Below the pieces are notes generated by a model that worked only from the letters and a program-made list of their open reading frames with translations, searched no databases and was not told the origin of the DNA. A DNA stretch of 63,772 bases, the filler included, from Diploschistes diacapsis (Eukaryota), in the NCBI GenBank assembly GCA_023645945.1. It is 24 parts of 24 records of this genome, joined end to end, with 100 filler letters (N's around TTAATTAATTAA, not from the genome) between each part and the next. Parts side by side here need not be neighbours in the genome. Positions count along the whole stretch, not along the records: positions 7,164 to 25,884 come from JALAIB010000399.1; positions 25,985 to 27,077 come from JALAIB010003990.1; 22 more parts are not named here. One strand, given 5' to 3'. The translations under genes and the position numbers were made by a program. Shown piece after piece: positions 13,042 through 26,494 of the stretch. Within the stretch, counting starts at the first letter, position 1. The number at the start of each line of letters is the position of its first letter.

Positions 13042-14034
13042 ATGTCTTTCCACCGTTCATCCTCAGCCTTCGAGGTTATTGGATCTCAGCTCTTTGCCGA
13101 CTGTCGGAATACGAGTGGAATCTATTGCCCTTCCTCACTCGATCTCGACTTGCATCTAGGTAATAAGAACGGTGCCTTCGATTGGAACGGAAAGAACTTC
13201 TCAAAGTCTGCACGAGATGTACATTTCATAAGCAACGGCTCCTCATTCATCTTACACGCCACGCTTCGTAACAGGAACGGAGCCTGGAGGGAAGCTAAGA
13301 CAGACCTTTCGGACCGTCTTGCCAATCATAACGGAAAGTTGGTGTATATTGGCGGTGCTCGAGATGGCTCAAGGGGCATTGGTCCATTCGATGACCTGAT
13401 CGATAGCGATCCCTTTGCAGCGACTTTCAGTGGTCTCAAAGATTTCGCTCAGGACCTTACCGAGTCTCTGTTCGGTGCACCTTCGCCTCCAATCGGAACC
13501 CGTTCAGCTTCTGCTGCTGTTCCTTCTCGCGAGAAAGCCAATAGCACCAACATCGATGACTCTACAAACCTACCATCAGAGAAGGACTCGGAGGAAAAGG
13601 TTGTTCCTAGCGACAACCTGTCGTACGAAATCCCAAAAGAATACGAAGAGGCCAAGACTCCCGTACCCGAAGTTATAGACGAAGTAGACTTGAAGAAAGG
13701 CACAACCCTGGCAGCCACAACCTCATTGAACGAACTATCAGCGGAGCAACAAGAAGAGTTCCAATACGAACTTATCATGCGTACAATCAAACAATTCCTC
13801 CTACAAGGGCCCGGGGCTACAGCCACAAGCAACATTAACGAGGAAGGCCAACGGGAGCTGGTATTCTCCAGAGGAGAGGAGAAGTTCACATTACTCGCTT
13901 CGAAGATCCGGCCAGAAATCCTTTTCGACCAGGATGAGTACAGGCGCAGCTGCAGCGCTAGCTCGCCCACGGCCCGATGCTTGACTCCGGAGACGGTTGA
14001 GGGCGATGATGATGACGATACAGTTCTGATATAG
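13042..14034 (+). CDS. CVNH (cyanovirin-N homology) domain protein with acidic C-terminal extension, 330 aa
   Basis: MSFHRSS...SSLDLDLHLGNKNGAFDWNGKNFSKSARDV...LHATLRNRNGAWREAKTDLSDRLANHNGKL matches the CVNH pattern. Confidence 0.88.
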   Translation: MSFHRSSSAFEVIGSQLFADCRNTSGIYCPSSLDLDLHLGNKNGAFDWNGKNFSKSARDVHFISNGSSFILHATLRNRNGAWREAKTDLSDRLANHNGKLVYIGGARDGSRGIGPFDDLIDSDPFAATFSGLKDFAQDLTESLFGAPSPPIGTRSASAAVPSREKANSTNIDDSTNLPSEKDSEEKVVPSDNLSYEIPKEYEEAKTPVPEVIDEVDLKKGTTLAATTSLNELSAEQQEEFQYELIMRTIKQFLLQGPGATATSNINEEGQRELVFSRGEEKFTLLASKIRPEILFDQDEYRRSCSASSPTARCLTPETVEGDDDDDTVLI

Positions 14035-15226
14035 TACGATCGGCGGGTTCACGGTTGGCGTTGCGGGCTGTGGGTGCGGGTTGTGGGTATAGGCTGACGG
14101 GATGGCAATGTTGAATGCTATTTTACTCGATGCACATCAATCTACCACTGACTGGGCTTCGAAGTCCAACCTTGAAGGTTTCCTGCACGGCCAGGACACT
14201 TTACAAAATCACTCTGCGCGTACTCTTCAGAATCTTCACTTATATTCCCCCCGTATCTGGTATTCTAAGCTCTCTTTTCACCAGTACTACCTCCATACCA
14301 CGTGGCGACTCTGACACCTACGGACCGTGGTAAAGCCCATACACACTCTACCTCCGCTCTACCCAAGTTCCGACCAGTAACCCCAACCCAACCCAACCCG
14401 CTCACCAAGATGCTCACCTTCCGAAGAATCCCTCTTCACGGACTGTAGCACCTCCCGTCCCCATTCCCTCTAGAACACCTCAAAATCCACATGTACAAGC
14501 CTTCTTTTTTTTTTTTTTCCCTTCTTCAAAATTTTTTTTTGGCATGGGCTGGCTCTATGGAAAGCAATCGACCACCAAGACTCGAAAGACGGGGGGGGCA
14601 AAGTGGTATTTCCTTTTCCGGGCGTCACCCAATCCTGCGAGACGTTTTTCTGCAAGTGGTTTTTTATCACAGCCATGTAGAAGGACATCTCGGTCTGGGT
14701 TTGAAAGCTTCTCGTCCTGGATTCGAAAAGCCCCCCGTTGGAAGAATATGCTGGGCTCTCTTGTTCCTTGAACAATGATAGATTCGGTTGCTCCTTGGGT
14801 GTTGCACAATGTTATAGTATAGTGTGTCTTTTGGGTCTTTGAGGGGCGGCGTGATGTATGTCGATTTAGATTCGAGGGGTTTTGGAGGAGGAGGAGGAGG
14901 AGGTGGTGGTGGTGGTGGGATAGATGGCTTTGCTGTGTTGAAGTGGAAGAGGGGAGGGTAGAGCGTGCTGGTGGGGTTATGAGTGGAGGTGGGAAATAGC
15001 GGGGAGGTAGAGGGTAGGAGGGGGGAGTACGCCATGGGAGCAGATCCGTAAGGGTCGGTGACAAAGCCGAGCAATGCGGCTGAAGACACGACTTTTCACT
15101 GAAGATGTCAGGATGTACCTCGGGGCCTCTGTGCAGTCATGAAAGCTGTCAATAGCAATATCAATCATATAAACCGGCAGTTCCAGATGCTCATGTACAC
15201 AGCGCTCACACTATTCCTACCCCACC

Positions 15227-16695
15227 TCATCCCCTCTTGTTTCTTATCCACTCCTTTACCTCCTCGACACCCATGTCCCCGGCCATCCACTTCCGATGCT
15301 CCTCGCCGTCGAAATCCTCCACCTTGATCTTCCCCTCGACCCACATCCGCAGCAGCTCGGAATCGACCTTGTCCCGGTGTGGCATCTGATTGTACGGCCT
15401 CATGACCTCGGCCAAACCTGTCGCCATGCCCTTCTGCATCCAGTACGGCCACGCCCTGGCAGTCATGCCCAGCCACGAGTGCGTCTTGGGCAGCACAACG
15501 GTCCCGCTGTTGCCGGAGAGAATCTTGTCAAAGACAGCCTCGGCGACGGTAGCGGGGTGCAGCGTGGGCGAGATGAAAGTAGACTTGTTGACGAAGCCCT
15601 CCGCCAGCTTCGTGGCCGCGAAGTTGGGCGCGACGAGGATGGTGCGTACGGCAGGCGCGTTGAAGCGGTGCGGTAGCTCCGCTGAAAGACCCTCGTGGAA
15701 GGCCACGGCCGCGGCCTTGCTGCCGCAGTAGTCCGTCAGGCCGGCCGGCGTGAGGAACCCGGCCAGCGAGGCGACGGTGACGATGCAGCCGTGGTTGTTG
15801 GCAACGATGGAGGGCAGGAGCTCGCGCATGATGCGGTAGTGCGCGAGCTGGTTAACGGCCACGACGCGCGAGAGGCGCGAGTCCTCGAGGTCGAGGATCG
15901 TGTGGTGATTGGCGATGCCGGCGTTGTTGAGGACGATGGTGGGGTGGCCGATCTCGGATTTGACTTGGTCGCAGACGGACTTGATCGCGGGCGGGTCCGT
16001 GAGATCGACGTTGTAGTAGTGGACGTTTTTGGCTGGATGATGAGGGTTAGTTTGGAGGACTTCGGTTATGTGGTGGGATCACGGCTTGGAGATTCAGTGT
16101 AGGTGACCAAGAGAGCACATACGTATTTCGAAGGTGGGTTGCTGGATGTCGAGGATCACAACCTTGACGCCCTTCTCCGCGAACATCAAAGTCCAAAGCT
16201 TGCCGAAGCCATCAGCACCTCCGGTGATGAGGACGAGCTCCTTTTTCCAGTCGAACTTGGCTTTCGTCCAGTTATTTAAGGCTTTCTGGCTAAGGAACCC
16301 ATTGACCCACCGCAGCACCCCAAGGTACATACAAAGCGTCAACCGCTTCAATGCCAAAGGGTGGTCGAGGCCCAAGCCTCTCGCGCGGTCGTGGTAGCGA
16401 GCAAGCAGCCACAGTGGCAGGGTGAGGAACGGGTTGAGCAGCGTATTTTGGATGACGGTCTGGACGACATCCGCCGTGAAGCCTGCAGGAAGCCGTGTGT
16501 CAGATTGAAAGATACACAACGCGAGATGATGTGCGCCCACGGATGGTTGACAGGATGCCTCGACGGGTGCGGAAGGGCACCTGTCACCCATCGGCTCTCA
16601 GCCAGGCAGACGACTTCGAGCGACTCACCTTCGCGTGGAAGCCAGCGTCGCGGAGGCATGCCGTTGCTCACTAGAGCTTTCACCGTTGTAACCAT
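15227..16695 (-). CDS. Membrane-associated short-chain dehydrogenase/reductase (retinol/17-beta-HSD-like), ~410 aa
   Basis: Exons 16695-16629, 16482-16123 and 16032-15227 splice in frame; motifs TGGADGFG, NNAG and YCGSK. Confidence 0.9.
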
Positions 16696-19165
16696 GTTGG
16701 GGGATCAAGGAGGACGCTCGAAGATATAGGCAAGTGAAGACGGAGTTTGCTTTCGCATGGGCAAAGCCAAACGATCAAGCTCTTTTTGAGGCTCCGTCAG
16801 AGTTCATCTCTGCGACGCTGTAGGGCCGACTGGCAGCAGAGTAAAGGAGAGACTGTTAGTTGGACATGCCTCGGTAGGCTGATGGAAATGAGGGGTTGAT
16901 AGTCGAAGTGCACGTTCAAAGGGCTTTAAGATGGGATGCGATATACTTCGGAGCGCCACCAATCAGATTCCTCAGCAAGATCAGTTCATGCCTTGCCATT
17001 TAGGGTTAGGGTAAAGACATGATGGCGACGGGCCACACACATCCCAACGTGAAACGTCAGCTTAATTCTTCACGAGGTCGAGAACGCTGACATGTTCTCC
17101 TCAGCTATCATAGGTGCTGGGTCGACAAGCTTAGACATGGCTTTCTACCTGCTCACTGCGTTAGGAACCACACCAACTCAAAGATGTACTCGATCTTGTC
17201 AAACCTGCTCATACGAGGTTATGACTCCTCAGCTGCCTTGCTGTACACGCATATGAAATAGCCCACATGAACTCATAGAGGCAATCAGTGCCCCTCCCTT
17301 GCATAGCAGATTCCAGCTGACTGAAAGACTCGAGTTCGATACCGCTTGGTAACTGGTTACCGCGGAAAGCTTATGGTGCGGAGCGTATTGCAGAAAATAC
17401 AACGAAGTGTCAATGATGGCTCGATAATGGATGCCGGTTACTCCGCTTGAAGATTCTCAGTGACTCAAGCAGCTCAATACCGCTATTGAGAGCTTTCCCC
17501 CGGTTTTCGCTCCTCGTGCTTGATGCGGACTTGTCCATCCTTCCACGAAGATGGCTTCCCATACTCCACGGCTATGACTTTCCCGACTGGCTGTGTTCTA
17601 TGGGTGGACTTGACAGGTCTTACAGACCGCAGTTGGATGCTGTGACATCAAGTCAACCTCTTTTGTTCCGCTGCCGCGAATACGACAATGCTGTTGCCAT
17701 AAGACATTCGTCTTGGCTGGACGACCTCGCGCAAGCCACAACTATCTTCACGGTTAGACCAGGTAACGCCTGTCGGTAACCAAATCCTTGCTCGGACGTC
17801 TACAGTTCCCTAGTTTTCTTCGAGAATGATACGTCAAGCTGCAGTGCGGCGACTTTTCGTTAGGAAATTGCTTGCACTAAGCACAGGACCTTGTCAGCTT
17901 GACCTCTGAAGCGGCAAACTCGCGATAGAAGGAGCTCAATACGAGGGTTTTTAGCTCGAGGTTCGGCTGTCCTACGGCTGCAGACTTCCGAAAATCTCGA
18001 TCTTGCATTTCACGCACAGTACCTATACGGAGAATTCATTAATTGCCGCTATTAACAGCTAAGATCATCTCACTTGTGCCAAATGACTGCAAGTACCTTC
18101 CTAGCTATGAGTAGTAATGCTCCACAAAACGGTACATTTATGACGCTTTTTCATTGTACGACTTTCATGGATAACCCCAATTGATCCGTTTGGGTGAGAG
18201 CCATGAACATCTCTCCACAAGCTTAGGAGTCTGCCAATGGCGATGAATGGCGGCTCAGTCTCTTATTTTCAGAACTTCAAAAACATCGTCTCCTCTACCC
18301 CTTGTGTTTGACGTGCAGAGAATCCAAGTACGTGATCTGTAATGCAAATTTCGGTGGGTATCTTTACCTAACTTCTGATTTGGATATAAAGATTAGAAAG
18401 GACGATCTTGTATAACATATGCCAGGGCAAGTTTGATCGCTCTGCAGAGCTGCAGGTTGCCAAACTCAGCGGTAGCCTTGCAGCAGAACACCTGTTACAC
18501 ATGCTAAGCTCGTTGCGGGCGAGGATCACTGCTTTGATTGAAACAACCGTGCTACTTTCGTGTCACAAGCCACATTGGTATTTTGAACGACCCCTTTTCG
18601 TCTTGTTTGTCACTCGCAATGGTGGATGCACAACGTTACACTCATCTAGTTTTCGGTGTCGTGTACAAAATTGGTATACCCGGTTGTGTTCTAAGATTGA
18701 TGTAATGGAGAAGCTCCGCTTTCCCTCATGCGACAACCCTGGGCTAGAGCAAGGATTGACTTCCAGGTTCAGAGCATACAAAGGCCGTTGAGCTTTTGGC
18801 AGGTATGCAGGAAGCCAGAATACACTATGACTGCTTCCATTCCAACGGGACCGTGAAGTGATGTGGGTACTTTCACTGGTACTTTGGAGTTAGTGCTACA
18901 AAACAGGGGAAACTGACACACAAATGTCCGCCTCGAGAGTCAAGGCCATCGGATCATTTGCAGCGTGTGAGCCGTTGGAAATTGAGTACAACGCTCAGCT
19001 ATCTTGATGTATATACAATACTAAACTGGAGCTTGGCAGCTCCAGTTGCTGTGTTTGATATAAAGACGTAGTCGTTGTCCTCCAACTCTATCTGTCACGC
19101 TTTCAAGCAACTCTGATCGCAGGTCCTCTCTGGTCATTCAGGTGTAAGGGCGAGTCCTCCATACG

Positions 19166-22100
19166 ATGCACCTTTCCTACTTGCTCCAGCTTGCTGGAAC
19201 CATTACACTTGTTTGCTCTGAACCCGTACCAGGTCAGTCAGCGCTGCTAAACATTGATCGGGTTGCTAACATGCCTAATACTAGTCAATTATGCGGACAC
19301 TGAACCACGCTGTGCCAATGATACCGGAGCCCCTTATCCATATAGTACATCTGGCCCACTCAGCGGTGGCTCCGGCGGAAGCTCGACGCCTGCTATTGGC
19401 GGCGGCGTTGGAGGGGGATCGACACTGGGAGGCTCCCAGCCGTCGGTTACATCGGCCCCTTCCTCGATCGGCTCTTTACCCATAGGTGGTCAGTCTACCG
19501 GCGCACTAGGTGGATCATCAATAGGGTCTCTCCCGAGCTCTGCGGTCACTGGCGAGAGTCCTTCTGGAGGGCTTGGTGGATCGTCTGGAATCGGTCCGCC
19601 AGGGTTTGGCTCCACCTCTGCAGTTGGTACGCCTGAGATTACGACAGCGATATTGACCTCCACGGGAACTTTTGTCATTGGCGGCTCCACTGGCGTCGGC
19701 GGTGCCGGTCTTGGTACCAGCACTGGTAAGTAAGGTCGTCCATTTATAGCCTAAGATGCTAATTGTCTCATGCAGGAGCTGGTGCGGGTGCAACTATTGG
19801 CGGTGAGACTGGATCCATTTCTTCAGGTCTTAGCGTAAGTGGGATCGTCCCTACAGCTCTGGACGCGTCAATTTCTATGAGGCTACTCGCTGACTCGTCC
19901 GGTGCCCAGCCTTTTGTAACTGGGGCTCCCTCGGGCCCTGGAGGTAGTACTCTGTCAGGATCCGAAATCCCAAGTGCCAGTATTCCTGGCGGGCCCGTGT
20001 CGTCTCCAGCAATTGGACCTAGTTCCCTTGGTGCAAGCATCCCCGGCATCACCATATCGTCTCTGCCCACAAGACCTGGCATACCCGGCACAAGTATTCC
20101 GGGCATTCCCATATTGTCCTTACCAACAGGGTCCGGCATACCAGATACAAGCATTCCTGGTGTTCCCGTATCGTCTTTGGGAACCGGGCCTGGTGTATCA
20201 GGAACAATCATTCCTGGTGTTCCTGTATCTTCTAGCCTGCCACTTGGAACAAGTAGTCTTGATATCAACACCGCTGGAAGCTTATCGACTTCGCCGCCCG
20301 GCTATTCCTTCATCCTGCCGACCTCAGGTGAGACTGCGTCTGAAAGTAGCTTACCAACAGGCACTTCACTTTCGGAATCAGCAAGTGGTACCGAATCACC
20401 TTCTGGTACCATCACAACCAGCGCCATTGCAATATTCAGCACTCTGCCAGGATCAGCAAGTACGGGAAGTGGGGGTCCTGGTACTTTAACGATACTCACT
20501 TCTGTCTTAGTATCTATCTCCGGTATTCCCACGACGGAAACAACTTTGGGAGTTTACCCATCCACTATAACAAGTTCAGGAATCTCTTCATCGACCGTAA
20601 CAAGTTCAGGAGCCTCTCCAACAACAAGTGGGGAATGTATCCCAGGTAAACACCTCCCATTCGCTTGACCAATGTATGCTAAAAATGCCAGATGATTGCT
20701 TGACATCCCTACAGTCAGCCGGCGCGTCTGCACAGGCGTTCTGTAGCACATACACCAACGGCGTCACCTTCTCAACACCGACCTTTGTACCAGCAACTTG
20801 CAATTCATATCAGGTTTACAGTGCCTGTGATTGTATTAGTACTGCAACGCCTCTTCCTCCGGGATCTTTGGGAACGTCGGTTTCTGGGACTGCCACATCT
20901 GCCGGTGCTACTGGATCGCTTACTTCGGCCTCCAATCTCATCCCCACAGGCTCGGTTTCTGGGCCCGGTGGTAGTGGCTCTGCAACCACGCTAGGAGGAA
21001 GCGCGACCTCTGCTTCGTACCCATTGTCCGGAACCTCTAGTTCTGTTCCTGAGACCTCTGCTGGTCCTACCGGAAGTGGAAGCTCAAACTCTGCGCCTTA
21101 CCCAACATCTGGGTCATCAGGCTCAGGCTCAGGCTCAGGGTCTGGTAGCTCTACGTATGCTTCAGGAGGAATTACAACCTCTGCTTCATATCCTGGATCC
21201 TCCGAAACGTCTGGTTCCGGCTCTACATTGTCTCCTGTTCCCACTGCACCTGGCAGCTCGAGCTCTGCACCTTATCCGAGTGTTAACATCAGCACCAGCG
21301 CCGTCGCGACTTACAGCAGCCTTGAGTCTAGCTCCGCGACTGTCTCTCCTTCCGGTACAGCTCCTGAAACTTCCCTCGTTCCGACAACGGGCGTTTCAGG
21401 TGGTGGTGGTACGAATACAAACACCGCAACCGGAACTTCTGCGTTACCGTCTGTCTCCGCTAGCTTGCCTATTAGCTCCGCTGCAGGCGGAACCTCCGTG
21501 TTGCCGTCCACATCTGCGAGCTTACCAGTAAGCTCCGCTGGTGCATCCGGTACCTTGCCTTCCATTCCATCCTATTCCTTCGTCGTTCCTGGAGCCTCTG
21601 AAACTGTCTCCACCAGTGCAATCGCAATCTTCTCGAGCTTCACTAGCTCTGGCGTAGTCATCTCGACCACCATCTCGTCAATTGGAGCACCCATATCTTC
21701 TTTAAGTGAATCAACTGGGCTCGGCTCATCAGGCTCGAGTACAGCGATTACTACCGGATCTGTTGGTGCAGCGACATCTGAGCAAGCTTCTACAGCTTCT
21801 ACATTGACTTTGACGAGCCTGACCGTGCCAGTTGTCTCTGTGATATCTGCGCCAGTCACCATATCTACCGCCGAGACCACTATCTCTAGTGCGCTTACTA
21901 CGATCGAAAGTCTTACATCAGCACCATCCTCTCTAGCATTTGCTTTAGGCACGGGTGAGCTCTCCAGCAGTGAGGCTACAGGTACGATAACTATTGGTAC
22001 GGTAACATCCGAGGAAGTTTCTACAGCTGCTACATTAACCATAACGAGCCTGACCGCGTCGATCTTTTCTTTGACATCTGCTCCACTCATTATCTCTACT

Positions 22101-23211
22101 GCCGAAACCACCGTGTCCACTGCGCTTACTACAATCGAAAGCTTCACCTCAGGAGCATTCTCTTTGACATCTGCTTCAGGCACTGGGGGCCTCGCGAGCA
22201 GCGAGGCTTCGGGCACAGCATCCGGACTGAGTTCTCAGAGTGTCCCTTATCCCACTTCAGGTGTTGCTTCTGGATCTGGTTCCGGAATTGCTTCGATTCC
22301 TGTTTCCACTGCATCACAGTTGGGCTCAGCTCCTGGGGGCCCTTCCAGCGGCAGTCCCTCGGAAACTGGATCCGCATCAGGTTCTCAGACTGCTCCTTCT
22401 ACCGCCTCAGTTACTGGCGAGAATTCGGCATATCCTTCGGCTTCGGCGTCAGCGAGCGCGACCACGACCCCGACGGCGTCAATCAATTCAATTACGCAGA
22501 TCACAACCATCGGAATCTTAACTATTTCAACAGAGTCGGTGGGCCTAACTTCAGTCGAAACTATTTCGACGATAGCCAGTGGATCTGAGTCCACTGTTAC
22601 CGAAACGGCTTCAGCCAGTGGCGGGGAAACTACTACTGCCTCCACGTCCGAATTTGTTTCCACAAGCGCCATAGCTATTTTCAGCACTCTCCCCACTACC
22701 GGATCTGGAGGCGTTCCGACGACTCTGACTACCCTTGTGTCCAGTGTTGTATCCTTCAACACCCCTCCAGTACCTCAGTCCACCGCACCAGGGTACCCAT
22801 CTCCGGATGGGCCGCTATTTGATCCTAATCCAGCTTCTGCCAGCGTGCCCGCACGCCGCCCTGACCATCATCACTATCATCCAATCGGCCCCTCCGGTTT
22901 CAGATTTAATCCGTTTCCTTCAAGCTGGTCGTGGGGTCTGGGCGGCGATGAAGGCCAACAGCCGCAAGACTCTAATGTAAGTTAGCTTGTGGACGACGAA
23001 GGTGGCCGATGCTGATGTTGAGTTCTAGCCAGATGGAGATGAAGGATTTGGCGAAGACCCGGGTGGATCAGAATTTGGGTTTGGCGAGGAGGAAGAAAAA
23101 GGCGAAGCGTTTGAGCAAGAAGGTGTTGGCGAAGAGGGCGAACTGGAAGAAGCAGAGGAAGAGGCTAGCTTCTTCGAGGACTTCTTCTCGGGCGAGAAGA
23201 AAAAGCACTGA
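19166..23211 (+). CDS. Secreted Ser/Thr/Gly-rich mucin-like cell-surface protein with a Cys-rich module and an acidic tail
   Basis: Signal-like MHLSYLLQLAGTITLVCS; GT-AG introns 19233-19284, 19726-19775, probable 19835-19909, 20646-20691 and 22977-23028 keep the frame; module CIPDDCL...FCSTY...C...SACDC; internal repeats (SAIAIFS x3). Confidence 0.8.
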
Positions 23212-24234
23212 AGTGTGCTTGGTGGTTAATCGTTCCTAGTGAAAGATAAGTACAGCAGTTGCGCAGAGCAGAGGCAAAAAGAGAAGAGTTTACAGAACGA
23301 TTCGGCGGCACCATCACATATCCAGCGATGGGATCGTCCAAGTTTTCCGCATCGCGCTCAACGGGATACTCAAGCGCTTCCTCCTCCTCTTCCTCTTCTT
23401 CTTCTTCTTTTTCGGCCCATGGATCGACGTCAAAGCAAGCAGCGATGCACTCACGCCGTGCATGGGCATTAATTCTTTATGACATAGTATCCCATAGTGT
23501 CTGGTTTGGTGCAAGGGGGCAGTAATATCAGTTTCATGTTTTTGGCGCACACTGCTTCAAGTCAAAGCTGAGTCCGTGACGGAGTCACTCATGCATACGT
23601 GATCAATGAAGGCCATTTTCTATATGCGAGATGCATTTAGCTTAAGGCCAACTCGCACGAATGCCGAGGCTCTCCCATGTTTGACCTCCGACGAACGAAG
23701 GACTCGGTTGCTTGTTTTACGAAGGCAGTTCTCTCACCTCTTTTAGGACTAGCTTCAAGCAAAGTTACCGGAAATCTGCCACCGCCTTCTTGTCCTACCG
23801 AATTCCTATCGCCGCACACCACTAGCCAGCGACCTACCAGCCCGCCCACTCCGGCGCCTACCCAGCCCTCCACCCCTGCATCCGGACCTTCATCTTCGAC
23901 CTCCTAATAACTAGCAAAAAGCTCGCGTCCTAGAACGCAAGAGTTAGTTTGATCGCGGCTTTGCTTTGATCAATACCGAATGTCCGAGGTCGAGGCTCTG
24001 GATCGTTACTACAGATTCCTTCCGAAGGCCCGTCTCGTCAAAGGCGCGGCTTTTTCCTCCGAGCCTCGCCCGTACAACGAGGCACAAGACCCCTCCCCCC
24101 CGCCAAGCCCGCCCGATGAACTGTATTCTCTGGACTTTGCCGGACGGATCACCACTACTTCACGACTTAATCTCTCTTCCTTGTCGTAGCTTCGCTGTCA
24201 CTGGGGCGCCTCCGTGGGCTACAGTGATACCAAA

Positions 24235-25170
24235 ATGTCGGCTGAGCTAGCATTCTGCGATCATGGTCCCTCCGAGCACGACCAGCTAGCACACATTATT
24301 TACAATGCCTTTCCCCCAGTCTGGTGCACCAACCCCTCTCGCTCCCTCAGCCCGACCCCCGACTTTTCCCTCAGCTCCCTCACCTTACCCTCAAATCATC
24401 TCTCACCTCCTACCGTAACCTCTCTCTACTTAACTCTTACCAAAGTTGTTAAGGAATCACAATCGGTTACAATGGCTAGCTGCTCCGATTGACACTGTCC
24501 AACGCGAGCCCCGTGGCTCCATTACACCGCTTCAATCTCGCCGCCTCGCTTTTTATAAGGCCTGGATCAATCTCAACCGCGCACACTAGGGCGATGTAAT
24601 CATAGCCTGCATACCGGATTCTGCGAAAGAACAATAACGGAGGCCCCCCCTCACCACCGCGGCAGTGGTGCTGCTCCTCCCGCCCCATGCACGCCCGTCC
24701 TGGTCTGAGCCTCTGCTTGCCTGGCGCACGGGCTACTTACAGGGCCTGACTACTGCCTGCGGCGCACGGGGCATGTGGCGTGCGTGCCATACCTTCGAGA
24801 AGACTATCGAGCGGAGACTGAAGGACCGCAAGATCGCGGGGGGTAAGCAGGAGCGGCTGCTGTTCTGTCACGCTGTGTGCGGAATCCCCGAGTGGGAGGG
24901 CCGGAAGGGGCCGGGGAAACGGCTGTTCGAATGGGGATCCGCAGGTTTTGAAGCAACGTGGCGAGGATTCCAGTGTGGTTGGATGTTTCGACGGCAGAAG
25001 GACTCAGAGCGTATGATGAAATTGGCTTTGAGTTGATTGAGGAATGGACCGTCGATGCTGGTCCCGCTGGGAAGGGGATCAAACTTTCGGGGAGATGCTA
25101 CAGACGAAGAAAAAGAGGAGGCGCTGAAAGTCACCAAGCTAAGAGTCACGGTGAGGATGCCGGAAGACTA
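24235..25170 (+). pseudogene. Frameshifted GNAT-family acetyltransferase
   Basis: Fragments lie in different frames: CHAVCGIPEWEGRKGPGKRLFEW (acetyl-CoA-binding motif-like), then IPVWLDVSTAEGLRAYDEIGFELIEE; no clean intron explains the shifts. Confidence 0.6.
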
Positions 25171-25631
25171 GAGGAGGATAGTCCGTGGCTATGATCGCAC
25201 ACGTCAGTTTGTGATGGACGTATTATATTATCAGGGGCGCAAAGTCCTGAAGGAAGCCAGGCTCTGAGATTGTCTATGGAAAGGCTACAAGCCGTCAACC
25301 CGAAAGTTAGTTAGTCACTTCGCTTGTACAGTATCTGCGTACTTTTGACCTACTCCTTTTTGACAACTTCGGAGGGAGTACGACGGATCGTCCATTCCGA
25401 GAAGTATACGGGGCGACTTCTCAAAGTTCACTGCACCTAATGGTACGTTTGTATCAACATATGATTGCATCGCATGGGCAGTTCTGATAGGCTCCAGATC
25501 TCATGTTCTTTCTTCATCACACGCAGGTTGACCGCCTGTGGTGGCAGTGGCAGCAGAGGGATCTGAAAAGTCGCTTGAATCGGTACAGCGGACCTGTGGC
25601 GGCTGGGTAAGAAATTGACACGGATTTATTA

Positions 25632-25884
25632 ACGTGTTTCACCAGGAAACGGGTCACCCCACGAAGCGGGTCACAATCCCTACATCTTCATAAAATGTAT
25701 TTTTTAACATTTTTATTTTTCGTACGATAATATTCTTTTATTATGAATACTTAAGAAGGCCGAATCGTTTTACATTAACGTGTTTAACGGGATTCCGGCC
25801 ACCCCCAGATTCTGGCCACCTTAAATCATTATTTTCATCTTACATTTGATTTTTCTTAACAATAACTACTTCGCATCGTAATAA
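25632..25884 (+). mobile_element. Two nested pogo/Tc1-mariner termini at the contig end
   Basis: TA+ACGTGTTTCACCAGGAAACGGGTCACCCCACGAAGCGGGTCAC (homolog at ~35588) and TA+ACGTGTTTAACGGGATTCCGGCCACC at 25778. Confidence 0.7.
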
Positions 25885-26494
25885 NNNNNNNNNNNNNNNN
25901 NNNNNNNNNNNNNNNNNNNNNNNNNNNNTTAATTAATTAANNNNNNNNNNNNNNNNNNNNNNNNNNNNNNNNNNNNNNNNNNNNCAAGGTAGACATAAGG
26001 TATAGATCAAGATAGGTTTGGTTTCGTTTAGAAGAGGAGTACAAGCAGGAGAAGAAGGTAGAGTAGTCACAGATCAGACTATCTCTAAAAAAAATTTCTT
26101 TAATAATAAAAATAACGAATATAAATTAATCCCGAACAATAACTTAAGATATTTATAAAAATAAACATATCGAATAAAGGCATGTCCAAAAAAAAAGACT
26201 ATATATTTAAATCCCCTATAAAACACTAATGCCAGCTCCCCGTGCTTTCACTAAAACAAAGGGAGCGCCGGCAACGGCTCTCGTAAAACAGAAGAAACGC
26301 TACTTATAACTCTCACAAAGCGTATGGAACGGCGCCGCTCGTTTTAACAACTCACGTGACCCGAACGTCAATAAGTGTTTCTTAATAAATAGCTGGGACG
26401 TGACAGATCAATAACCTAGATCGTAATATTATCCCCTTCCTTCAAAATTATCGACCCGATAATAAACCGAAGGATTTAATTACATAAACGAAAC

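Noticed and set aside
14470..15168. Several overlapping Pro/His-rich ORFs
   Set aside because: Low-complexity 3' region between convergent genes with no recognisable domain.
16800..19100. ORFs 17447-17779 and 18408-18791 in the long intergenic region
   Set aside because: Non-ATG starts and no recognisable motifs; probably the promoter region of the mucin-like gene.
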